The translations under genes were made by a program, and so were the position numbers. A DNA stretch of 64,000 nucleotides from Epithemia pelagica (lineage: Eukaryota > Protista > Bacillariophyta), in assembly GCA_946965045.2 (NCBI GenBank), contig OX337238.1:1550001-1614000 (forward strand). Direction: 5' to 3'. Of the stretch, positions 1 to 9,291 are shown piece by piece; the first letter of the stretch is position 1; the number at the start of each line of letters is the position of its first letter. Below the pieces are notes generated by a model. The model did not search any database and was not told the origin of the DNA. It saw only the letters and a program-made list of their open reading frames with translations.

Positions 1-1091
1 CCAACCCCAACCAAAACTGGTACTTTGATGATAAACCCCTGCTCCCTCTCTTCGACCTGCCCTACTCCAACCCCAACCAAAACTGGTACTTTGACGATGA
101 CGACCACCCGTCCTTCTTCCTCCAGGAGGAGGGCTTCTCCCAAGGCTGCCCCCTCAGCCCCTTCTTCTCCTGTCTCGTACTCCTCGCCCTCACCTCCGTC
201 ATCAACGACCGACTCGCCGCCCGCGCCAAACAACGCCTTCTTCAAAATGCCCAACCCGGAGACGACGGCCACGGCTCACGTTGCCACACCGCGTCCATGA
301 TGGGCCTGCCTTTTTGCGACCTCCCATACTTCCTCCAGGAATTCACCAAACTTGGTAAACCACTAGGTATCCACCTGAACCATACCAAGAGACCTTCCTC
401 AACCCTTCCACCCCCACTTCGGCCGAAATTGTTTCCGGCACCCGCTTCCTCGGCCAACCCATTGGCAACGTGACCTTTCGCCGCCAATTCATCCGCGACA
501 AAATCGACCATCTAGCCGCCCGCCTCGCCGCCATCAGTACCCTACCCGATGCCCAAACCAAGTCCCTCCTTTTCCACGATGGCGCTATCTCCTCCATCCA
601 GCATCTCCTCGCCACAGACCTTGCAGCCCACCTCCAACAACTCAACCACTCTTCCTCTCCACTCTGGTCCAGCCCCAACACCGAGGCCCTGGACACCATT
701 GCCACCGACTTTCTCAAACATCTCTGCAATGTACAGTCTATCCCTCAATACTCGCTTCTCATCGCTGGCCTTTCCGATCGCTTTGGCAGTCTCGGCTACC
801 ACTCTTGTGCTACCGTCGCCATCCCCGCCCTCCTAAACACCGTCGCCCGCTCCTACCAACTCGCCAACCGCCCGTCTCTCAACCTCCCACCCGCACACTC
901 AGCAGTTTTCGCACCTGGAACCCAGATACCATCCCCCTTTTGCAGGCCTTCTCCACTGCCCGTTCCCTCCTTTCCCGCCAAGCCACCCCTCCACCTTTCC
1001 CTCTAGACCTCCCCACACAATACCCGGCAGATTGCATGCGCCAACTCACCCACGACATTGAGCTGGAACACGTCCTCCCGGCCATCGTACA

Positions 1092-1417
1092 CTCCACCCC
1101 ACCGACCCTCCGACCATCCCTCCCCTCTACCCTCACCCCCCTCACCAGTCACCCTCTACATCAACCCCGTTGCTATCGTCCCTTCCGCCTTTCCTCTCCC
1201 ATCTTCTCCATCACCGATGCCCGCAAACTCCGTCTCCCCTTCCTCCCTTCAACCTCCACCCCACCGACCCTACGACCATCCCTCCCCTCCGCCCTCACCC
1301 CCCTCACCAGTCACACTCTACATCAACCCCGTTGCTATCGTCCCTTCCGCCTTTCCTCTCCCATCTTCTCCATCACCGATGCCCGCAAACTCCGTCTCCC
1401 CTTCCTCCCTTCAACCT
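1092..1417 (+). repeat. 162-bp tandem duplication (54 aa, in frame) inside the non-LTR element
   Basis: ctccaccccaccgaccct...ccttcaacct occurs at 1092 and again at 1254 with a few substitutions. Confidence 0.95.
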
Positions 1418-2035
1418 TTCCTCCTCGCTGTCCCTGTCCCTTTCACCCCACTCTTGATCTCTATGGAGACCACCTCTTTTCTTGTACTCGGCAAAACAAA
1501 ATCAAAATGTCTAACAAACTCCGTGACGCTCTTTTCTCCCTCCTTCAGGAAATTGCTCCCCAAGCACACGTCGTCCGTACCCTGGCCAATATCCACATTG
1601 AACCTCCTGACCTCCTTCCCCAGCACCCACGCTCTGTTCGCCAGGCCGACATTGGCGTCGCCCCACCCCTCTCGAGACCCACCAATATCTTGCCATCTAT
1701 GTCACCGTCCCCCCTCCCCCACCTCACGTCGCCGTTGCCTTCGACCCCGCCGCAGCAGACGACACCCATCTCCCGTGTTTGCATGGTCGATCGTTCCAAA
1801 ATATTGCACAGGTTGCCTCTCAGATCCACCACACTTCCGCACCGCAGAAATTTACCCACGACCTTCTCACAACCGACCTCCTCAACCACACCGGCATCTT
1901 TCTTCTTCCGTTTACTGTCGACCATCTCGGTGGTCTGGGAAATTTTGCCCATCGGCTTCTCTTCGACCCCGACCCACTCCTCACCTCTTTCTCTCCAAAC
2001 CAGCCGCCTCCGTGGCCCGACCCTCGCCTCGGTGC

Positions 2036-2157
2036 TTCCACCCGCGCAACTCCCCAACCTGCAGCTTTCGTCACGACTTTCCGCGCTCTCACTGATTTCC
2101 ACCCGCGCAACTCCCCAACCTGCAGCTTTCGTCACTTTCCGCACTCTCACTGATTTC
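2036..2157 (+). repeat. 61-bp tandem duplication near the 3' end of the non-LTR element
   Basis: ttccacccgcgcaactccccaacctgcagctttcgtca... at 2036 and 2097; the second copy lacks 3 bp. Confidence 0.9.
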
Positions 2158-2928
2158 TCTCCGTCCAACCTCACATCCCTCGCCCACCAGTAAATGCCCG
2201 CTGTCGACGATGCCACCCAACTCTCGCTCCCCAAATTTGCTTCCCTCGCCTTCGGCCACGCCGTTATCACCGCCATTGTCACCCACTGCTTAGATGCAAT
2301 CTCCTCCATCGATAATTTCCAACTCAGTCAACGACGACTTTCCAAAAATTCCCTTTCCTCAGTTTTCAGCGCTGTTCGCACCTCCGCCTACAACTTCCCC
2401 CTTTGGTGATCGAAAGTGCCAGTGACACCGAAGAGAGAAAACTACGAACACATCCTGAAGCACGTGTCATTTCGCGCCTGTCCAAGAGATCGCACGTCGG
2501 TCACAAGAATCATGTCCGTTGAGGAGTCCACAAATTCCGAATCCTACAATCAAACAGATCTTTTGCCGAAGGCCTCAGAAACCGAAAGGCTCCAGGGCGG
2601 GTTAGGGGAATTTGAAACTAGCTAATGACCATTGCGATCGTCTTGAACTCGTTTTTTGGCCTGCAAGAATGCTGGAATCCAGAAGAGTGAGCTCTTCTCA
2701 AACATCGGCACCTTTGGTCATCCGAATCGTAGAGTCGGAGGGATCAAAATCGGATGCTCGCCTCGCGACGAGGCGGCTCGGTCGCACCTCGAATGTCGGT
2801 CGCCGAAGTCTGTCCAGCATCGGCCACGTCACTTCACATACCCACGGTCCACGGTGGTCCGTCGACGATTTCCTCTCACCAGGATCGGACGCGCCACTCT
2901 TTTGCTCTCTCGCCGCTTACCTTAGAAA

Positions 2929-3052
2929 ACCAAAATATGGCTAGCCTATTGAGCGAAATTAGCGATAGTAAGGCTAGTAAGGCCTCTAAGCTTGAGGCAT
3001 GAGATAGTCACAATTTTATATGTTTTCGAGTCACACCCCTACGCGTATTTTG
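2929..3052 (+). repeat. 5' LTR
   Basis: accaaaatatggctag...cgcgtattttg, identical to 9103-9226. Confidence 0.95.
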
Positions 3053-3066
3053 GTTTATCAGACCCA
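3051..3066 (+). promoter_or_regulatory. Putative primer-binding site (non-canonical)
   Basis: TGGTTTATCAGACCCA at the 5' LTR junction; resembles the tRNA-iMet PBS TGGTATCAGA with 2 extra T. Confidence 0.45.
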
Positions 3067-3490
3067 AGAAACTCTGCGATTATGGTAAAAGCTATGGCAC
3101 AATGGCCTGGGAAGGTCGAGAAATATCTGGATCGATGATATAGATCCGCCCAAAGGTCGACTAATGAAGTCGTACAGCTAGTCTCGAAGAATATCCGGCC
3201 TGCAACGGGGTTTGGACCGGACTAGCTAACAGATGTGGTCTGCGAGTGCGCACATCTGGGGCAATGGCGGACGCGCCGGTCTTGGCCGTTGACAAGACAA
3301 AGCCTGCTATGCGGTCATGATTATTTCATAAATGAAACATGTGCCGACGATGCAGCTGTGCACGCTTTCTACCTTTTGAATCGCCCGAGATGAGTGAAGA
3401 ACCGGACCGTGTGACTGAAAGAGAATGCTCACTTCCGAGTACAAGAAAGTCCCAATTGATCCGTCTACTCGTAGATAAAAGAAGTAAACC

Positions 3491-4969
3491 ATGGCCGCAC
3501 CTCCAACCGCTCAAGAACTGCTCACTCAGCTCAATGGCTACCTTGAGAATACCCTCCTCATTGGTCAACAAGAAGTCCGTAACGCTCTCAATGCACAAGG
3601 CCTTGTTTCAATTGGCGATTTTGATGGTCTAAAGGAAGACGATATCGCTGAAATTTGCGCTAATGCCAGGAAACCCGGTGGAACTATTCCTAATCCGGAC
3701 TATGACGCTGCTAATCCAGTTCCTGGAGTCCCAGTTACCATTACGAACCCTGGAGTATTGGTCGGGCATGTTTTGGAAAAGCGCTTGAAGATGCTTGGGT
3801 ACTACGTTCAGTATCTTAACAAGGTCGATCGCGAGTTTAGTGCGGCAACGGCAACATTGGCTCAAATCCAAGGACTCTACCGTCTTAAAGAAGCAGACGA
3901 TGAGTATGATAATGAGATTGAGCTTCCCGAGAAACTCACAAATGTTGAGAACATACGAGTCGTTCTCGAAGATTTAGACAACTACCTTGAGAGGAAAAGA
4001 GGAGTTACTATGATCCCTTTGGCAGCGTATACCCGCTCGATGCCAACTCCTCCTCCGGTTAACTTGGACCCTGGAATCGGAGCACCAACGTACTTGAGAG
4101 AACTAATCAGGCGTGCGCCACTAACTGGAGCAACTGCGGTGGCTGACAAAGAGGCAGTTTGGGATGTCATACGCCACATAACCCATGATGGCCCTGGATG
4201 GGGCTGGGTTCAAGCCTTCAGCCGCAGTCGAGACGGAAGAGGTGCTTATATCGCCTTAAAGAGTCATTACTTAGGCGACGCCTTTCAAACAAGACTGAGG
4301 GCAAAAGCAGACCAAGTGTTGGAATCGGCCTATTATGACGGGTCAAAACGAAACTACACATATGAGAGGTACATTGAATCTCTCCAGAGGGCCTTTACGG
4401 ACCTCGAATCAACTGGCGAGATGGTCAGTAATGAAAGGAAGGTTAGAGTTTTATTGTTGGGTGTATCTGATCCAAGGCTTGAAAGCGCGAAGAACACCAT
4501 ACTCGCTACACCTTCACTCAGGGCAAACTTTGAAGTCGCTTCCAACTATTTGGCAGAGATTCTTGACAGCAAGGTCTCGTACAGCGCTTCAACAAGAAAG
4601 GCCCGAATCTCATCTATCCAGCATAACAAGAATGGAAAAGGTGGAAACAAGAAGAATGGGAGTAACCAATCAAACGGTTTTGACCCCAACAAATATTATC
4701 CCTTTAGAAAGTGGATAAAACTCACAAAGGAACAACAGCAAATGGTCCGAGAAGCAAGGGACGCTGTTAACAGCAGCACAAAGAAAAGGTCTGCTGCTGC
4801 TGTTCATTGTAAGAACGGTAAGAACAAGAGAAAAGGTGTTGATGGAAGCACGACGACAACTACCGATGAGAGTTCAGAGACAACTGGCGACTCCAGTGAG
4901 AACGACAAGGAACTCGGTATTGGCGCCATAATGAGCCAGAGAAAGAAAGGCAGGAGAGAAACTGTGTGA
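3491..4969 (+). CDS. gag: Copia Gag (492 aa)
   Basis: Intact ORF after the LTR leader; WVQAFSRSRDGRGAYIALKSHYLG and YYPFRKWIKLTKEQQ segments typical of copia Gag; ends in TGA. Confidence 0.9.
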   Translation: MAAPPTAQELLTQLNGYLENTLLIGQQEVRNALNAQGLVSIGDFDGLKEDDIAEICANARKPGGTIPNPDYDAANPVPGVPVTITNPGVLVGHVLEKRLKMLGYYVQYLNKVDREFSAATATLAQIQGLYRLKEADDEYDNEIELPEKLTNVENIRVVLEDLDNYLERKRGVTMIPLAAYTRSMPTPPPVNLDPGIGAPTYLRELIRRAPLTGATAVADKEAVWDVIRHITHDGPGWGWVQAFSRSRDGRGAYIALKSHYLGDAFQTRLRAKADQVLESAYYDGSKRNYTYERYIESLQRAFTDLESTGEMVSNERKVRVLLLGVSDPRLESAKNTILATPSLRANFEVASNYLAEILDSKVSYSASTRKARISSIQHNKNGKGGNKKNGSNQSNGFDPNKYYPFRKWIKLTKEQQQMVREARDAVNSSTKKRSAAAVHCKNGKNKRKGVDGSTTTTTDESSETTGDSSENDKELGIGAIMSQRKKGRRETV

Positions 4970-7900
4970 CGAGATGTCCGCGAGATAGATGCACTCTCCA
5001 GGGACATTAGCGTTAGGACGTCTAAGTGCGAACTAGACAGTCACGCTGACACCTGTTGTCTTGGTAAGGATTGCCTCGTTTTATATGAGACAGACAAGGC
5101 AGAAGTGAGTGGGTTTTCAACACAGCTCGGGAAACTAAAGGAAACTCCCGTAATCACAGGCGTGTTGGCATATGATGAACCTGAGACAGGAGAGACTTAC
5201 CTGTTGTACTTCCATCAAGCGCTCCATCTTCCGATGATGGAGAAGAGCCTATTGAATCCAAATCAGATGAGAGAGGCTGGTATCATCGTCAATGATGTAC
5301 CACTCAAGTTTATCAAACAAGAGCAAAGGACAAATGAATCTCATTCATTGGTTGTTCCCATTAATGACGACAACGAGAGCACTCTGACAATTCCTCTGGA
5401 GTTAAAAGGAGTAATCAGTGGCTTCACCGTAAGGAAACCGTCTTGGGAAGAGATAGCGAATGTTGACCCTGCGAACAGGATTGAGATGACCAACGACAGT
5501 CCAGAATGGGCCCCGAATGACTCGGCTGAAGAAGATGTCGATGAGAGGAGGCTCAAACAGGACGTTCGTCAAGACATGGTCAGAACGAGAGGTTCGAGGT
5601 TGTTGAGTAACAGAATGGCCAAGATGGTGAGAGTAAACTCAAGAACCGTAGCCGAAACGAGCCATAAGAGAAAGGGGACAATAGATCCCATTGGGTTGGC
5701 TTCGAGATGGGGAATCGGTTTGTCAGTTGCGGAGAGGACTTTCAAAGCAACAACGCAACTTGGGGTAAGAGATTTTTCCCAAGGCGTCGGAAGTAAAAGA
5801 CTCAAGCATACGGCTTACCAGCTTAAGCATAGAAGGCTTCGGGCAGATGTATACACAGATACTCTGTTTTCGGATACAAAATCTTTGAGCCAAAATACTT
5901 GTGGTCAAATTTTTGCGACCGAGTTTGGTTGGGTTCAATTTTATCCGTTGGAACGCAAGAAGGATGCTCACACGGCTCTGGAGAAGGTCTTTAACGATTA
6001 CGGGATCTTCAATAGTGTTGTCCCAGATAATGCTCCAGAATTGACGAGTGGGAAATTCAAGGAGACTGCCCAAAAGTTTGGTTGTCGTATTAAGCCCATA
6101 GAAGCTTGGACACCAAACCAAAATCTAGCCGAAGCGAACATCCGTGAACTGAAGAGGGCTTATAGAAGGGAAATGAGAAGGACAAATGCCCCTGCCGTAT
6201 TATGGGATCATTGCTTGCAACTGGTAGCTGAGAGACGATCCCATACAGCTTCTGCGACTGAACCGTTTGATGAAGGCCCACCTATAAAAATGTTGACCGG
6301 CGATACACCAGACATATCCCATCTAGTTGAACACAGATGGTATGACCCGGTCTGGTATTCTAATCCCGGGTTTGAGAACAGGGAACTCGGAAGGTGGCTA
6401 GGACCAAGTAAATCGGTTGGTCAAGCAATGAGTTCGAAAATACTGACACGAAAAGGCAAGATTGTCTATCGTACTTCCGTGTGGCCCCTGTCGGTTGAAA
6501 AGTCCCATGATCCGTCGTTTACTGCACAACGTGACCAGTTTGATAGTGACCTAAAGGAAGCTCTGGGGAACCGATTCGAAGGTCTAGACCCAGAGGAAGG
6601 AGATGATCCCGCTGAAGAAGGAAATGATACTCCTTTCTTCGAGGCATATGAAGACGATGAACAAGAAGACACGAGAGTTCCAGAGGCCGACGATTACAAG
6701 GTGGATGCATACGACAAATTAATCTCGGCCAAGGTGATGCTCCCTTTAGGGGACTCAAAGAGACCAGGTCAAGTTATACGTCGGAAAAGAGATGCAGACG
6801 GTAATCCAATTGGTCGGTCATCTTCAAATCCGTATCTGGATACGTCGTTGTACGAAGTAGAGTTCCATGATGGCCACGTTGAGTCTTATGCGGCAAACCT
6901 GATTGCCGAAAACATTTACGAGCAGTTAGACGATGAGGGAAACAAATACAAACTCATCGATCAGATCATGGATCACCGAAAAGATGCAACTGCCATACCA
7001 ATCTCAGAGGGTACGTTCTTTCATAATGGGAGAGAACATAAGAAAAAGACGACGAGGGGTTGGCAGCTTTGTATATTGTGGAAAGATGGTTCCACGTCGT
7101 GGGAGATGCTCAAGGACCTGAAGGAATCGTATCCTTTAGAAGTAGCCGAATATGCAGTGGCTAACTTGCTCGACAAAGAACCGGCTTTCAATTGGTGGGT
7201 CGATTTCACTCTCAAGAGGCGTGCAAGACTAATCAAGGCCATCTCAAGCACAAGGTACATGCGAAAATGGCAAAAGTACGGTATTGAGCTTCCTAAGACC
7301 GTAGAACGGGCGTTGCAAATCGATAAAGAAACAGGAACAGACTTCTGGGCTAAAGCCCTTCAACTCGAAATGTCTAAGATCTTTCCTGCAGTCAAGATTT
7401 TGGAAGAAGGCGCGCCGCATCCACCTGGCCATCAAGTCATCCCATGTCATATTGTGTTTGACATAAAGATGGATTTTACCAGGAAAGCGAGGTATGTAGC
7501 AGGGGGACACCGTACCCAAGAGCCAGAAACGCCTACCTATGCCAGTGTAGTCAGCAGAGAGAGCGTGAGAATCGGATTCTTACTTGCAGCACTGAATGGA
7601 ATCAATATACTTGCGGCTGATATCGCTGGAGCATATTTGAACGCTCCTTGCCACGAAAGAGTGTGTACCAAATGTGGCTTAGAATTTGGAAAAGAAAATG
7701 AAGGGAGGTACGCGATAATCACTAAGGCACTATATGGCCTTAAGACGAGTGCCTTCGCATGGAGAGAACACCTTTCCACGACTTTGCAAGAGTCGTTAGG
7801 GTTTCGACCGTGCCGAGCAGATCCCGATGTATATCTTCGGGCCTCTACAAAAGATGATGGATCGAAGTACTATGAACTGGTGTTCATCTATATAGATGAC

Positions 7901-8968
7901 GTCCTTGTCATCTCTCAGAAGGCACAAGAGATCTTGAATATGATCGACCAACATTATTTATTGAAACCGGATTCGATCGGAGTACCCAAGATCTATCTGG
8001 GGAACCAAGTAGAAACCTTCGACATTGACAATGACGTGTCTAAAAGATGTTGGGCGCTAAGTTCAAAGCGATACGCAACAGAAGCCATACGGAATGTCAA
8101 GGTTTGGATGGATGAAAGAAACTTGAGTCTTAAGACTCGAGCCCCAAGCGTGCTCCCAACAGGATACCGTCCAGAATTGGATACAAGCCCATATTGCAAT
8201 GCTGATTGGCAATCGTTTTTCCAACAGCAGATTGGTGTCCTCAGATGGTTGGTCGAGCTGGGAAGGATCGACATTACTGCGGAAGTTTCAATGTTGGCCG
8301 CTTTCCTAGCAGGAGCAAGGGAAGGTCATGTTCATGCGATGCTTCATGTCTTCGCTTATCTGAACTTGCATGACCGTTCGAGACTGGTACTGGACCCTTC
8401 ATATATTCAGCACGGAGAAGAGTTGACAGCAGATTGGGCAGGTTTTTATCCAGACGCCAAAGAAGACATTCCGGCAGACGCTCCAGAACCATTGGGTAAT
8501 CCAGTCCAGATGACTGTCTTCGTCGACTCTGATCATGCTGGAGATTTGATCACCAGACGTTCAAGAACTGGAGTTTTAATCTACCTGAATCGAGCTCCTG
8601 TAACTTGGTACAGTAAGAAACAGACCAGCGTCGAAACATCAACATTTGGGTCAGAATTCATGGCTCTCAAAGTGGGCATTGAAATGGTAAAAGGACTTCG
8701 ATACAAGTTAAGGATGATGGGCGTACCTCTGGATGGACATGCGCATATAAGGGTTGATAACATGTCTGTGGTACTGAATACGTCGGTCCCTGAATCAACA
8801 CTGAAAAAGAAGTCAAATTCAATCGCATATCATTTTGTTCGTGAGAATGTTGCGTCGGGCATGTGTCGTGTTGCTTTTGAACCGTCGAAGACTAACCTTG
8901 CTGACATTCTTACCAAGATCCAAACAGGTACAGAGAGAACACGGTTAGCATCAATGATCCTATATTAG
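4970..8968 (+). CDS. pol: Copia Pol (protease, integrase, RT, RNase H), in frame with gag after a single TGA
   Basis: Frame is open from 4970: LDSHADTCC (aspartic protease), YTDTLF..VPDNAPE..AEANIRELK (integrase DDE), KARYVAGG and YIDDVL (RT), FVDSDHAG..ADILTK (RNase H). Confidence 0.95.
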   Translation, partial: RDVREIDALSRDISVRTSKCELDSHADTCCLGKDCLVLYETDKAEVSGFSTQLGKLKETPVITGVLAYDEPETGETYLLYFHQALHLPMMEKSLLNPNQMREAGIIVNDVPLKFIKQEQRTNESHSLVVPINDDNESTLTIPLELKGVISGFTVRKPSWEEIANVDPANRIEMTNDSPEWAPNDSAEEDVDERRLKQDVRQDMVRTRGSRLLSNRMAKMVRVNSRTVAETSHKRKGTIDPIGLASRWGIGLSVAERTFKATTQLGVRDFSQGVGSKRLKHTAYQLKHRRLRADVYTDTLFSDTKSLSQNTCGQIFATEFGWVQFYPLERKKDAHTALEKVFNDYGIFNSVVPDNAPELTSGKFKETAQKFGCRIKPIEAWTPNQNLAEANIRELKRAYRREMRRTNAPAVLWDHCLQLVAERRSHTASATEPFDEGPPIKMLTGDTPDISHLVEHRWYDPVWYSNPGFENRELGRWLGPSKSVGQAMSSKILTRKGKIVYRTSVWPLSVEKSHDPSFTAQRDQFDSDLKEALGNRFEGLDPEEGDDPAEEGNDTPFFEAYEDDEQEDTRVPEADDYKVDAYDKLISAKVMLPLGDSKRPGQVIRRKRDADGNPIGRSSSNPYLDTSLYEVEFHDGHVESYAANLIAENIYEQLDDEGNKYKLIDQIMDHRKDATAIPISEGTFFHNGREHKKKTTRGWQLCILWKDGSTSWEMLKDLKESYPLEVAEYAVANLLDKEPAFNWWVDFTLKRRARLIKAISSTRYMRKWQKYGIELPKTVERALQIDKETGTDFWAKALQLEMSKIFPAVKILEEGAPHPPGHQVIPCHIVFDIKMDFTRKARYVAGGHRTQEPETPTYASVVSRESVRIGFLLAALNGINILAADIAGAYLNAPCHERVCTKCGLEFGKENEGRYAIITKALYGLKTSAFAWREHLSTTLQESLGFRPCRADPDVYLRASTKDDGSKYYELVFIYIDDVLVISQKAQEILNMIDQHYLLKPDSIGVPKIYLGNQVETFDIDNDVSKRCWALSSKRYATEAIRNVKVWMDERNLSLKTRAPSVLPTGYRPELDTSPYCNADWQSFFQQQIGVLRWLVELGRIDITAEVSMLAAFLAGAREGHVHAMLHVFAYLNLHDRSRLVLDPSYIQHGEELTADWAGFYPDAKEDIPADAPEPLGNPVQMTVFVDSDHAGDLITRRSRTGVLIYLNRAPVTWYSKKQTSVETSTFGSEFMALKVGIEMVKGLRYKLRMMGVPLDGHAHIRVDNMSVVLNTSVPESTLKKKSNSIAYHFVRENVASGMCRVAFEPSKTNLADILTKIQTGTERTRLASMILY

Positions 8969-9096
8969 TGCGTTTCCCGCCAACCTGTGTTGGGACTGGG
9001 TACGTCCTGCACCTAAAAGATGAAAGGGCTTTAAGCAGGTCTAGATGGAACGGGAGAAGATTGGCACAGCTACTTCATTACGAGACGAAGAACTGT

Positions 9097-9103
9097 GAGG
9101 GGA
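9097..9103 (+). promoter_or_regulatory. Polypurine tract
   Basis: GAGGGGA at the start of the 3' LTR; the same motif follows the RNase H of the copia remnant (53488). Confidence 0.6.
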
Positions 9104-9226
9104 CCAAAATATGGCTAGCCTATTGAGCGAAATTAGCGATAGTAAGGCTAGTAAGGCCTCTAAGCTTGAGGCATGAGATAGTCACAATTTTATATGTTTT
9201 CGAGTCACACCCCTACGCGTATTTTG
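9103..9226 (+). repeat. 3' LTR
   Basis: Identical to 2929-3052. Confidence 0.95.
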
Positions 9227-9291
9227 AAACCATAGAACGACATGAAACAAAACCCGCACAACTCCCCCAACACAACTCCCTCAACTGTAAG

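Larger units (their letters stand above)
1..2409 (+). mobile_element. Decayed 3' part of a CRE/SLACS-like non-LTR retrotransposon (RT C-terminus, Zn knuckle, restriction-like endonuclease); 5' end lies outside the window
   Basis: Frame starting at nt 3 reads QEEGFSQGCPLSPFFSCLVL (RT motif) and LGIHLNHTK; the catalytic YxDD is lost. Downstream frames give FGSLGYHSCATVAIPA (GGLG-like), CPCPFHPTLDLYGDHLFSC (CCHC-like), RQADIGV and GIFLLPFTVDHLGGLG (RLE C-terminus). Several frameshifts. Confidence 0.75.
2929..9226 (+). mobile_element. Full-length Ty1/copia LTR retrotransposon (diatom CoDi-type), very recent insertion
   Basis: Identical 124-bp direct repeats at 2929-3052 and 9103-9226; gag then PR-IN-RT-RNaseH in copia order; PPT before the 3' LTR; 4-5 bp TSD depending on the boundary chosen (AAACC, AAAC or GAAA). 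Confidence 0.97.

Noticed and set aside
9166-9291. ORF-track N-terminal extension of the CR NTPase
   Set aside because: It starts at a TTG inside the newly inserted LTR; the first ATG outside the LTR is 9292.
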